Shown one piece after another: positions 48,840 to 60,889 of a stretch of DNA of 64,000 nucleotides. The DNA is taken from positions 37,014,001 through 37,078,000 of the forward strand of contig OX597814.1 of assembly GCA_951406725.2 (NCBI GenBank). Direction: 5' to 3'. Made by a program: the position numbers and the translations under genes. Position 1 is the stretch's first letter, and each line of letters begins with the position of its first letter. Source of the stretch: Octopus vulgaris (lineage: Eukaryota). The notes under the pieces were generated by a model that worked only from the letters and a program-made list of their open reading frames with translations, was not told the DNA's origin and did no database searches.

Positions 48840-50447
48840 ATGGATGGACTAATATCAGATCCACAAACAGAAGATACCAAAAATACAGAAAATATTGAAA
48901 GGAATGGAACAGAACCAGACCCCAAACAGGCTTATACCAAACACGCAGAAGACCTAACACAAATCTGCAAAATATGCAATGCTGAAATAAACAAGACAGA
49001 AGCACATCTTCAACAGGGAAATACCAGAAGCATGGAAGATCTACTCACAGAAACCTGTAGTAAGTTAAATTCACTTCTCTCAAAAATTGATACGCTCTTT
49101 GCAAACATTGCTTTAACAATAAATACAATCCAAACACAAAATATTCTCTGTAAAAATAATCAAACAAACACAACTGATAACACAAACCTTCTGGCGGGAC
49201 TACCCCAATCACAAAGGACAACAAATGACGAAGAAACAAAAACTGACACAAACCAAGAAAAACCTTCAAAACCCCAAGACTGGAACAAACTTCTAAACCA
49301 ACGCAAATATGCTTATTGGAAAAACATACGCTGTAAGAACATAGCCAACATATATCAAAACTGGCGGGACTTGAAGAACCCAATACTCCCTAGAAAATTT
49401 CTTATCAAAGAAATAAGGGGTGAAACACTAGAAGAAACAACAATACGTGCAAACCTAGCCCTCTGCCGACTAGAAACGGAAATTTCCCTTCTACAAACAC
49501 GAAGCACACACCAGGAAGATAAGATTAAAACAATCGATACCGTCATAATGGCCGAGATAACAGAAAGGAACAATAACCAAAACAAAGAAAAACTACAACA
49601 ATTATGGAAAGAGGATACCGAACGAGAGGAGGAAAGATCCAGATTTATGTGGACCAAACAACATGAGTGGTTTTTAAACTATGAAAAGAACTATGGTGAA
49701 GAATCAATTATGAAGACAAAAAAACTACCAAAACAAATGAATAGATACAACAAACTAACACCACAAACATACTGGACTCCCAGACATCAAAATAAGCCCT
49801 ACCAAACACAAACCAAAATCCCGCTCCTTACACTGCCGAACCCCCCAATTAACAGATACACAAAATATGAAAGACAACCATCAACCCAAAACCCCACAAA
49901 AACAAACACACCAACAGCAAGACGAGCACAATACATACAACCAACAACCTATAACACTTGGAGAGAACAAATAGAATATGAACAACCACCAACACATAAC
50001 ACTGGACACCCTAAAGGGACACACACATGGAACAATATACAAATGGATAGAAACCAACACATAACCCACAACAAACATCAAGGAAATCGAAACCACACAA
50101 ACACCAACCCCATGCAACCCCACAAATTTCCAAGATGGATAAAAAACAACTCCCACTATCAATACAATACAAACACAATACATGAACCATCCACCTACCC
50201 ACAAAGAAACCTGAACCCCAGTAATAAATATTGGCTCAACCAACACAGAAGATGGGAAGAAAACAACTACCAAAGACAAAACAACACATACAGACCACAC
50301 AGACCACCCCAACTACAAGAAAACCTAAGAACTGAAAATGGAATTTGGAGACGTAACAACACAACCCATTTTTTAGGGAGAGGATACTTCAACCATACTC
50401 CAGACCCAATACACCAAAAATTCCGGATGAACTCCCAAAACACATAG
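48840..50447 (+). CDS. PLE ORF1, 535 aa from the first ATG: coiled-coil N-half and Q/N/H/P/T-rich C-half
   Basis: Uninterrupted ORF inside the pLTR-bounded unit; heptad-like helices, WNKLLNQRKYAYW...YQNW...PRKF domain; overlaps the RT frame. Confidence 0.85.
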   Translation: MDGLISDPQTEDTKNTENIERNGTEPDPKQAYTKHAEDLTQICKICNAEINKTEAHLQQGNTRSMEDLLTETCSKLNSLLSKIDTLFANIALTINTIQTQNILCKNNQTNTTDNTNLLAGLPQSQRTTNDEETKTDTNQEKPSKPQDWNKLLNQRKYAYWKNIRCKNIANIYQNWRDLKNPILPRKFLIKEIRGETLEETTIRANLALCRLETEISLLQTRSTHQEDKIKTIDTVIMAEITERNNNQNKEKLQQLWKEDTEREEERSRFMWTKQHEWFLNYEKNYGEESIMKTKKLPKQMNRYNKLTPQTYWTPRHQNKPYQTQTKIPLLTLPNPPINRYTKYERQPSTQNPTKTNTPTARRAQYIQPTTYNTWREQIEYEQPPTHNTGHPKGTHTWNNIQMDRNQHITHNKHQGNRNHTNTNPMQPHKFPRWIKNNSHYQYNTNTIHEPSTYPQRNLNPSNKYWLNQHRRWEENNYQRQNNTYRPHRPPQLQENLRTENGIWRRNNTTHFLGRGYFNHTPDPIHQKFRMNSQNT

Positions 50448-52684
50448 ACCCCAAAATAATAAACTTATCTAAAAGAGAACTTGACGAATATGAAATGAAC
50501 CTACTACTAAAAGGCCTCAAATTTACACCTACACCCACTCCAAACCTCATAGAACTAAAAACTGACATAGATAACTTCAGCCGCTACCTCCGCCTTATGG
50601 AATTCTTTGAAAATAAAGAAACAGAAGATAACTCAATCATAAGAAAAAAATCCCACTTCACCCCTTACAAGGGAAGTGACAAACACCTTGACACGTACAT
50701 AGAAACAATATCCAAATTCCCTCTTCACACACACAAATGCAAACAGAATCTCCGCAGAGAAGAAAAGCAAGCCCTACAAAAACTGAAAAATGACAAATCA
50801 ATCGTTATAAAAGAAGCTGACAAAGGTGGAGCAATAGTAATTATGGACACAGATTACTACAAAGAAAAGATACTAGAGTTACTGAACAACCAGACATATT
50901 ACAAAGAGGAACCAACACCACCGGAGAAAACAACAATAAGAAAAATTAGAACTTTAGTCAATGAATATCAGGACTCCTTTACAGATAAGGAGGAAGATTA
51001 TCTATGCAACTCACAAACCAAAGAAAGCAACTTTTATGGATTACCTAAAATTCATAAAAGCTCGGAAATACAGAGAGCCATAAAGGAACAGAGGAACCAC
51101 TACATAAGAGTACAAAGACCTGCAGACCTCACGATGAGACCAATAGTGGCAGGACCCCAGGCACCAACACAACAACTAAGCCACTTCATAGATATACTCC
51201 TCAAACCTCTATGCCCACAGATTCCAAGCTACATAAGGGATGACATAGACTTCCTCACACACATTCCAAATACAGTCCCGAAAAACACCATACTTGCAAG
51301 CTTTGATGTCACAAATCTATACACAAACATACCACACACCCTAGGTCTAGAAGCTATAAAACAATCAATAGAAAAATACAGAGAACTTATAGATGAACGC
51401 TTCAAGACAAACTTTATCACCCAAGCCACCCAACTAATACTAGAAGAAAACACATTCTCATTCAACAACAAGACATACCGACAGATAAAAGGCACGGCTA
51501 TGGGTACAAAATTCGCACCTTCATATGCCAACCTAGTGATGGGCTTCCTGGAGAAAAAACTATATGACGAAATAGGGAAAGTCTTCGAACACGACTTCAG
51601 AGAAGACATCAAGAAAAAGTGGAAACGCTACCTCGATGACTGTTTCATCTTTTGGAACAGATCAGAAGAGGACCTACAAACATTCCACAACATCCTCAAT
51701 ACGCTGCACCCATCTATCAATTTCACAATAGATACCAGCCACAACGAACTTCCCTTCCTAGACATCAACATCAAAATACACAACTCCATCGTCACAACAG
51801 ACATCCACTACAAAAAAACTGACACACATCAATACTTAAATTTCCACTCCTGCCACCCATCCCACACAAAAAGAAACATCCCATATAGTATGGCACGACG
51901 AATATGTAGCATAGTAACTGATTCACAAATACGATTAATAAGACTAGATGAACTCAAAAGCTTCCTCCTAGAGCAAAAATACCCCCTTAAACTAATAGAA
52001 AATGGAATCACAAGAGCATTAAAACTAGACATCACACAACTCAGGACACCCAAAACAAAAAACAAAGAAAACACTATCCCTTTTATAAACACACACAACC
52101 CTGGAGTTACCAACATCTTCCAAACCATACATTCAAACCTACCAATAGCCTTACAGAGCCCCAAAATGAAAAACATATTAAACAAATATAGCATAAAAAA
52201 CAGTAGACGACAGGACAAAAACCTAAAAAAACACCTAACAAGAGCGAAATTCTCTTCAGAAACTAAAACGGAATTCTTTGCAAAAGAGTGCGGAGATGGT
52301 AGATGTGGGACCTGCAGCAACCCCACCTACAAATACATAGAGAGCAACAGAGAGATAAGATTTAAAAATGGTGTCATATTCAAAGTAAATGCAGATATGA
52401 ACTGCAAGACGCAGAACGTCATATACTGCATAACCTGCCCCACATGCAAGGAGAATTACGTAGGAGAAACTGGTAATTCTTTGTGCCAGCGAGCCAGGAT
52501 CCACCGACAACATATTCGGCAGGAAGAACTACGCAAAATACCACTAAGCACACACCTAGCTACATGTGGAGAAGGAAAATTTAAGATATTTCCCTTCTAC
52601 AAGTGTCCGAAGAATGACACCCCCTTCAGGAGGAATATGGAAAAACATTTCATAGCTAAGTTCTCCCCCAAATTAAATGGCTGA
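50357..52684 (+). CDS. PLE reverse transcriptase + GIY-YIG endonuclease (first ATG at 50495, frame open from 50357)
   Basis: IINLSKREL..EMNLLLKGLKFTPTP, ADKGG, FYGLPKIHK, MRPIV, SFDVTNLYTNIP, QIKGTAMG, RYLDD, LPFLD, HP.HTK.NIP, CGDGRCGTC, VIYCITCPTCKENYVGET. Confidence 0.96.
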   Translation, partial: QHNPFFRERILQPYSRPNTPKIPDELPKHIDPKIINLSKRELDEYEMNLLLKGLKFTPTPTPNLIELKTDIDNFSRYLRLMEFFENKETEDNSIIRKKSHFTPYKGSDKHLDTYIETISKFPLHTHKCKQNLRREEKQALQKLKNDKSIVIKEADKGGAIVIMDTDYYKEKILELLNNQTYYKEEPTPPEKTTIRKIRTLVNEYQDSFTDKEEDYLCNSQTKESNFYGLPKIHKSSEIQRAIKEQRNHYIRVQRPADLTMRPIVAGPQAPTQQLSHFIDILLKPLCPQIPSYIRDDIDFLTHIPNTVPKNTILASFDVTNLYTNIPHTLGLEAIKQSIEKYRELIDERFKTNFITQATQLILEENTFSFNNKTYRQIKGTAMGTKFAPSYANLVMGFLEKKLYDEIGKVFEHDFREDIKKKWKRYLDDCFIFWNRSEEDLQTFHNILNTLHPSINFTIDTSHNELPFLDINIKIHNSIVTTDIHYKKTDTHQYLNFHSCHPSHTKRNIPYSMARRICSIVTDSQIRLIRLDELKSFLLEQKYPLKLIENGITRALKLDITQLRTPKTKNKENTIPFINTHNPGVTNIFQTIHSNLPIALQSPKMKNILNKYSIKNSRRQDKNLKKHLTRAKFSSETKTEFFAKECGDGRCGTCSNPTYKYIESNREIRFKNGVIFKVNADMNCKTQNVIYCITCPTCKENYVGETGNSLCQRARIHRQHIRQEELRKIPLSTHLATCGEGKFKIFPFYKCPKNDTPFRRNMEKHFIAKFSPKLNG
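50369..50378 (+). promoter_or_regulatory. Putative -1 ribosomal frameshift slippery site T TTT TTA GGG
   Basis: X XXY YYZ heptamer in the ORF1 register; the -1 frame is the RT frame, open from 50357 (TAA at 50354). Confidence 0.7.
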
Positions 52685-52730
52685 AACTTTACTCAACATA
52701 CATTGAAGGAAAAATCTGTGTGTGTGTAGA

Positions 52731-53200
52731 TGTGTGTATTGCCTGTTATATACATCATATTATATTATTATCTTTATAATTCACTTCCATCTTTACCCTT
52801 TAATTGTCACTTTAATTTTAACTTTCCTATGACATACAACTTTCAAGATGGTATAATTTGGTTGTTCATTTTGAACCGATAAAAAGGTTTTTTCAAATAT
52901 TTTATGTATAAGTCTGTGTGTGTGTATATATATGTGTTGGTATAAATATCAACACACAAAAATATTTTTTCTTCTCCACTTCCTCCCTTATTTTTATTTT
53001 TATTTTTATTTTTTTATTTTTTTATTTTTTATTCTTTATATTTTTATTTATTCTTTATATTTTTTTATTTTATTTTTTATTTTTTGTTTTTATTTTATTT
53101 TTTTTAATTTTTTAATTTTTTATTTTTATTATTATTATTTTTATTTTCCCTTTTCTCTTTTTTGTCTCTCTCCCCTTCTCCAAACACACAGACACACACA

Positions 53201-53238
<38 letters not shown>

Positions 53239-53446
53239 AAAACACACACAGACACACAGAGACACACACACACACACACCTCCACAGAATGATCATAGAA
53301 AGTGTGACCCCAAATGACATTTGCCAGGCCAACCTATGCACAACACACACTCAGTGACATTGAAATGGACAGCCAAAGTTCTTATAAAACCACAGGGGGT
53401 CCAGCAGACCAACGGAAATAACACTTCTTCACTCTCAGATATAAAT

Positions 53447-53520
<74 letters not shown>

Positions 53521-53736
53521 ACATATTTTCTCTCTGTCTCACTTCCTCCTCACCCACTACTACGAAACTATAAAAAGGTTCAAACTACCCACAACTGATT
53601 TGATTTGAAAACCCACTAGAATGGGAGCAAGCGCTAATCCGAATGATATGATATATATGTAAAAAATGTAATATATAAATAAATATCTACAAATATGAAC
53701 CATCTGATCTGATTACCTCAATTTTTCTAATATATA
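52731..53736 (+). repeat. 3' pseudo-LTR
   Basis: Direct repeat of 47779-48779, ending in (TA)n. Confidence 0.95.
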
Positions 53737-53954
53737 TATATATATATATATGTATATGTATATATATGTGTATGTATATATATGTGTATGTGTGTGTGTG
53801 TGTATACACATGTGTGTATGTGTATGTATGTATGTATATATATGCGTGTGTATGTGTATGTGTATGTGTACATATACGCGTACGCTCGTGTGTTTATGTA
53901 TATGTAGGTACGTAGAGTTATCTATGTGTGTATTTATATGTACATGTGTGTAAG

Positions 53955-53997
<43 letters not shown>

Positions 53998-53998
53998 A

Positions 53999-54029
<31 letters not shown>

Positions 54030-54068
54030 GTATGTATGTGTGTGTGTGTATATATATGTGTATATATG

Positions 54069-54145
<77 letters not shown>

Positions 54146-54800
54146 CTATGTGTGTAAGTTTATATGTATGTATCCGTCTATATAATAGGTAACTGCACGT
54201 ACATATACTTAATATTTATTATTTATTTATTTTTTGTGTATGCATGTATGAATAACTGCGCGTATATATATTTTACAATTTACTTATTTTTTGAGTATGC
54301 ATGTAAGTATGAATATAAGGAGGCGCGCGTGTGTGTGTGTATGTGTAAGCATAGATATATGTATACTTTTACGCATGGGTGTACTTATGTGTATATATGG
54401 ATGCGCGCGTGTGTGTGTGTGTGTATGGGTACGCATGTACATGTGTATGTGCGTGTATGAGTATATGAGTATGTATGTATGTGTGTGCTTATATTTGTAT
54501 ATGTATGTATGTATATGTATGTGTGTGTATGAATATATATGTATATATGTATATGTGTATATGTATATATATATATATATATATAGATATATATATGCGC
54601 GTGTATATATATGTATGTATGTGGGTGTGTGTATGTGTATAAATGTATGTATGTATGGATGTATGTATGTATGTATACGTATGTATGTGTATGTGTGTAT
54701 ATGTATGTATGTGTATGTGTGTATATATGTGTATATGTGTGTATATGTGTATATATGTGTATGTATGTGTGTGTATGTATATATGTGTATATATATGTGA

Positions 54801-54854
<54 letters not shown>

Positions 54855-55268
54855 ATTTGTATGTAGGTGTACGTGTATGTGTGTGTATTTATATTTATTG
54901 GTGTATATGTATAGACTAGCCTTCTAAGAGTGTAGACATGAATCTGTAGGTACGCGTACGCATGTGTATATACGTGAATGTATGTAGCTGTATGTATGTA
55001 TGAATATAACGCGTGCGTGCGTGTATGTGTATGAGTGTACGAATGAGTGAGTGTACGTGCTAAAGAGTGTGCGTGAGTGAATGAGTGCTTGTTTTCCAGT
55101 AGACAGATAAATGGACTGGCTGTCGTAGCCAAGATGTTTGTGACCAAGCGGCCAAAGATAACAAAAGTAATAAACGAAGATAATAAAATTAAAATTAGGG
55201 AATGGGTCTGTATTTGTATGTATATATATATATGTGTGTATGTGTAGGTATGCATAGGTACACATATG

Positions 55269-55299
<31 letters not shown>

Positions 55300-55670
55300 A
55301 TGTATGTGTGTGTATATATGTGTGTATGTGTATATATGTGTATATAGGGACTAGTGTGCTGTGTGTGCATGTGTGTGTGTGGATTTGTGTGTGTATGCGT
55401 GTATGTGAGTATATATGTGTGTGTATGTGTATATATATTTTTCTGTGTGTATATGTATGTGTGGTCGTGTGTGTATATATACATGTGTGTATACGTGTAT
55501 GCATGTGAGTGTGTGTATGTATACATATATGTGTATGTGTAGATATGTATATGTATGTGTAAGTGTATATATATGTATATATGTGTGTGTGTGTATGTAT
55601 GTGTGTATGTATATGTATATATGTTTGTATGCGTGTGTATATATGTATACATATGTGCATAGGTATAAGT
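53737..55670. repeat. Cryptic (TA/TG/TATG)n simple-repeat domain
   Basis: Direct reading. Confidence 0.9.
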
Positions 55671-55906
55671 GAGAATCTCCTTATTTACCTAAAACTCTAT
55701 CCCCCTTTTTTTATATATATATATTTTTTTATTTTTTTATTTTTTTATTTTTATTTTTATTTATTCTTCTATCTAATTTAACACTGACTCCTTGACCACT
55801 CCCCCAAGTATGATATTTTGCGCTATGCCTACCCCCAAAAAGTCCCCCACCAACACCCCTTTAAACCTGCCTAAATGTATAAATGCCAATACAATTCTTG
55901 TTAACT

Positions 55907-55957
55907 AGCTTCCTGAAGATTTCTCTTGAATGAAACAGTTCTAGTCCTGTAGAAGCT
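55907..55957 (+). ncRNA. Type I hammerhead ribozyme with canonical core
   Basis: agcttc-CTGAAGA-t-ttc(tctt)gaa-t-GAA-acag(ttctagtc)ctgt-A-gaagct; 6-bp stem I, predicted cleavage after GUA at 55951. Confidence 0.8.
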
Positions 55958-56040
55958 CCTTCTATATAATAAATTAATTTTACTCTGCTATGTATTGAGT
56001 ACCTTATTTACTGTGGTTAACCCCGAATCAACCCGGGACC

Positions 56041-56113
<73 letters not shown>

Positions 56114-56189
56114 GTATATCTACATATACATATGTACATATATATATATATATACATGTATTCTTTTAGTATTTTTATTCTATTATGTG

Positions 56190-56562
56190 CGTTAGGCATT
56201 TGACTGTGGCCATGCTGGAGCACCACGTTTAGTTGAACAAATCGACCCCAGGATTTATTCTTTGTAAGCCTAGTACTTATTCTATCGGTCTCTTTTGCTG
56301 AGCGGTTAGTTAACGGTGACGTAAGCACACCAACATTGATTGTCATGCGATGGTGGTGTGAACAAACACACGCACACAAACACATACACGACGGGCTTCT
56401 TTCAGTTTCCGTCTACCAAATCTACTCACAAAACTTCTGTCGGCCCGACGCTATAGTAGAAGCCACTTCCCCAAAGTGCCACTTCCCCAAAGTGCCACTT
56501 AGTAGGAGTGAACCTGGAACAATGTGGTTGAGATGCAAGCTTCTTACCATACAGCCACGCCT
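56190..56562 (-). mobile_element. tRNA-derived SINE (second family)
   Basis: Reverse-complement homolog of 58321-58735. Confidence 0.8.
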
Positions 56563-56911
56563 GACACATTCAAAGCTGGTACAAGGGCCGAGAATTTCGT
56601 TTGTGACATTTATGGAAATTAATGCACAGCCAGACACTAAGTTTTAAGATCTTCAGCTAAAGATGAACAAATTTTATAGGTGCTTTGCTCGCAAAATTCG
56701 ACAACGGTGTCACTTTTAGGATGTAGGACTGGAGAATGATGGAAAGAACTGACGCTTGCATAATCCGTTAGATGTGCAATGTGCACATGAATAATGAAGT
56801 ATAGAAGCTTTCAGACCAAAACGGCTAAATAATTCTCAGGTGTTAGTATAAGAATGAATACTGTGCTGGTACGAACATGTAATGCATATGGATGATGATA
56901 GCTATATAAAC

Positions 56912-57157
56912 AAGGCGGCGAGCTGGCAGAAACGTTAGCGCCCCGGGCGAAATGCTTTGCGGTATTTCGACTGACGTTACGTTCTGGGTTCAAATTCCGC
57001 CGAGGTAGACTTTGCCTTTCATCCTTTCGGGGTCGTTAAATAAAGTACCAGTTTCGCACTGGGGTCGATGTAATCGACTTAATCCATTTGTCTGTCCTTG
57101 TTTGTCCCCTCTATGTGGGTAGTAAAGAAATAGCCCCTTGTGGGTAGTAAAGAAATA
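56912..57157 (+). mobile_element. tRNA-derived SINE with duplicated Tx1-like tail
   Basis: aggcggcgagctggcagaaacgttag...ggttcaaattcc...tgtgggtagtaaagaaata twice. Confidence 0.85.
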
Positions 57158-58320
57158 TATATAAACAAGTGCTGACCACTGAATTTGGATGGGATCTGCG
57201 GGTGTAGGAGATTCACACAGACAAGGCGAAGTAGTGAAAGCTAATCTGCGGAACTTGGACTTCGCGGAGGAGATATTTAAAGACCGGATTGACTTGCGGT
57301 CCATTTTATCTCTTCTTTTCATCACAAATATGACCGAAACAACCTAATGTATTGATATATTATAGATAACCAGCTTGGCATCTGAGGTTGAATTAATATA
57401 TCACTTACTGTCAAAGCAGCCTGGAGGTATTGTATCCAAATTAAAACAATTAATTTAGTACTTCCCGGAAAACTTAATCTGCTGTTGCGAACATGCAAGG
57501 CATATAATCACATATACTGATCAACTACATTATATAAACTTAATCGACAAAATGTCTGATGCACAATGTCAAAAATACTGCAGTACGTGTTAGAATTAAA
57601 GTGTAATGTAAGAGTTATCTCGACTGAAATACCCAGGAACATTTTGTCGAATTTCTCAACATTCTAGGAAATAATCCAAAATACAAACTAGTAACATGGT
57701 CACAGGTTATATATCATTGAATGCGTGAATATATCAAGAAACTCAGTGTACCCATATGGGATACATTTTCACATTTAAGAATGTTACTTAGTAACAACTT
57801 GGAGACTGGTTCTATTTATCTCCGAGATGTTTTAGGTGCGTGTCTTCTACATTAGCCCGGGTTGACCGATACCTTGTGAGTAGATTCGGTAGAAGAAAAT
57901 ATGCAGAAACCCATATATATGTGCGTGTTTGTTTGATTGTGAGCGTGTCTGTGTGTGTTTGTGTGTGTATGTGTGTGTGTATGTGCATGTGTGTTTACGT
58001 GCGCCTATAACTGTACGTATGTGAATGCATGCGTGCGTCTTTGCGTTTGTGTTTGTCTCCTACTACTTACTAACCGTTCTCGTAAACTGTAAATTAACAG
58101 TTCGGCAAATGAAACACTAAGATAAAATTGATTGACGGAACACTTCAAAAGGCACCATAGAATGGTCGTGGTCCAATGGCTGAAACATAATAAAGGGATA
58201 AAATAATATCCTAGCAACAATTTTGCAACTACAACGCTCCTACACATATATGACTTTGAGCCATTGTAAGAAATCAATGGTATGATGCATAACAAAATTT
58301 TTAATTTATGTATTTAATAA

Positions 58321-58486
58321 GCGCAGGAGTGGCTGTGTGGTAAGAAGCTTGCTTACCAGTCACAGTTCCGGGTTCAGTCCCACTGCGTGGCACCTTGGGC
58401 GTGTGTCTTCTACTATAGCCTCGGGCCGATCAAAGCCTTGTAAGTAGATTTGGTAGACGGAAACTGAAAGAATCCCGTCGAATATT

Positions 58487-58528
<42 letters not shown>

Positions 58529-58735
58529 CGTGTGTAAATGCTTGTGTGTCCGTGTTTGTCCCTCCAACATCGCTTGACAACAGATGGTAGTGTGTTTGCG
58601 TCCCCGTAACTTATCGGTTCGCCAAAAGTGACCGATAGAATAAGTACTAGTCTTACAAGGAATAAGTCCTGGGGTCGATTTGCTCGACTACAGGCGGTGC
58701 TAACGCATGGCAGCAGACAAATGACTGAAACAAGT
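58321..58735 (+). mobile_element. tRNA-derived SINE (second family, internal (TA)n)
   Basis: gtggctgtgtggtaag A-box, ggttcagtccc B-box, caccttgggc CORE-like block, tail gactgaaacaag. Confidence 0.8.
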
Positions 58736-58873
58736 ATATGAGTAATATATACTACTGTGTGTGTAGGTGTGTGCATCTATATATAGATATACAAAGTGTG
58801 TATGATTGTACACACACACACTTACACAAACGTATATATACATATATATATATATATACATACGTACCTACAT

Positions 58874-58935
<62 letters not shown>

Positions 58936-59659
58936 TAACACACTGTTAATATTCACGAGAGAAATTGTTGGCCAAACATTCGGTATTATTTCAGAAACGT
59001 ATAAATTCAACACAAAGATATATTTCTTCTTCAAAGGACTCAAACAAATTGCAACAAAATAACGGAAATTGAAAATAAGTAAACTGAATTATAATCCAAC
59101 ATTATAAATTACAGCTAAATACAATGCAAATAAGAGTAACTTGCTCAAACACAAACAGAAAGTAAACGTTTCTGAAAAATATATTCTCCAATATTTTTTT
59201 CCATTATAATATCGACAAGTATATATTTAATCATTTGCAAATAAACGGCTGCATACTGTAGCACTTTACCGCCATCTTCTAAGCTGACTGTCGATATTGA
59301 ATCACTAACTGTACAAGAATAGTGCACAGAATAACAAAAGAAAAAACAAGATTGTAAGTAGTCATGAGATATTCCAGGAATAACTGCTAAGTATCCTTCT
59401 CCTCAAAGTCTATTTTGTAAATAATCATGCTAGATATTGTCATAAGTATGCAACGTCTGAGAATAAAAGAGAAAGCCATTCAGGAACGCATTGACTGTTA
59501 CCTGTTTGCCAGGGTGGGTTGCCTATGAAAGAATGATGATAGAGGTGTGAAATATTGCATGCATTGTTTTCAGATCCGTTTAATGATATCCGTAGGTAAT
59601 GTGACAACTGACTGTTCAAAAATGACTTGAAAAGTATCTGGTAGTGAATTCTCATGAAA

Positions 59660-60767
59660 ATAGACAATATTTAGTATCGGGATGTTAGCAAGTAGCTGCA
59701 GAAAAAAAAAAACGGTTAATCCGGGAAGACGTTCATACTGATGTGGTTGCAACATTAGGGGATAGCGCTCTAGCTTTATCAACAGTGAAAATGTGGGCAA
59801 CTGAATTTTGGAGGGGAAGGGAGAGTTCTGAAGATGACTCAGTATCTTGAAGTCCTATAACTACCACCTCCGAGGAAAACATTGATCGTGTTCACCACAT
59901 GGTGATGGATGTCAATCGATTGATTATAAAACATTTAGCCAATGTTATTCATATATCCCATGCGAGATTTGAGAACTTGGCATGACGAAGATTTCTGCTC
60001 AGTGGATTCAGTGTCTCCTGACATATGATCAAATGCGCACCAGACTGATAAATCCACGAGGGAAATCTAACGTTGTTTCAGCCAGATCTAGCTTAGTTTC
60101 CTTGAACGTTTCCTAAATCTGGATGAGTATTGTGTTAAACATTTTGCACCAGAGACGATGAGACAATTAATGTCGTGGAAACACCCGCTCTTCGCCTGCT
60201 TCAAAGAAGGCCAAGGTCGTTTCATCTTCAGGAAAGGGGACGGCCTCAGTTTGGGGGAGGGACACAAAAGGCACTGTGCTTATTTACTATCTCCAAAAGC
60301 ACCATACTATCAATGAAGAGTACTGTGCCAACTTGCTGATGCAATTACGAAAGGCTATCAAAACCAAATGCCCAGAAAAACTGGCAAAAGGGGTCTAGTT
60401 TCACGAGGAAAATTTCCAGCATACAATTCCTTCGTTTCAATGACTGCTATGTGTTACTGTGGTTTGAACTTGGTGATCACCGTCCCTATTCTCCCGATTT
60501 GGACCCATCTGGCTATCATCTGTTCCCCAACATGAAAAATCACATGGCTGCGATCCAGCGTCGCAGTGATGATGGCATCATAACTTCTGTTGATGACTTT
60601 TTGTATAGCAAGATGAAAGCTTCTTCACCAATGTGATCCAAGCATTGCAACAGTGATTGAAAAAGTACATGGACAGCATAGAGGAATATGTTGAAATGTA
60701 AACTCCATTTGGTTACATTATATGGGAGTGTTTTAATCAGCCTATGAACTTTTTAGCCGACACTCGT
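59660..60767 (+). pseudogene. Decayed mariner transposase
   Basis: EENIDRVHHMV, W...LLT, SKKAKV..S.GK, HRPYSPDLDPSGYHLFPNMK; TIR-like end gaacttttagccgacactcg. Confidence 0.8.
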
Positions 60768-60889
60768 GCACATATTTAATCATGAGTGATCAAGGCCTAA
60801 TCAACACCAGAATTCATTGACCCTGGCTCATCAACACCAAAGCAGCGGGGGGGGGGGGGCAGAGAGAGAGAGAGAGAGAAGAGAGAAAG

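Larger units (their letters stand above)
47265..53736 (+). mobile_element. Intact Penelope-like element with inverted and direct pseudo-LTRs, inserted in (TA)n
   Basis: Inverted partial pLTR 47265-~47785, direct pLTR 47779-~48811, ORF1, RT-GIY-YIG ORF, 3' pLTR 52731-53736; (TA)n at both outer junctions. Confidence 0.95.

Noticed and set aside
52682-52900. Selenocysteine read-through/SECIS as in Naiad PLEs
   Set aside because: The RT-EN ORF has no internal TGA, the terminal TGA follows the normal ...P.LN end, and no SECIS-like hairpin was recognised.
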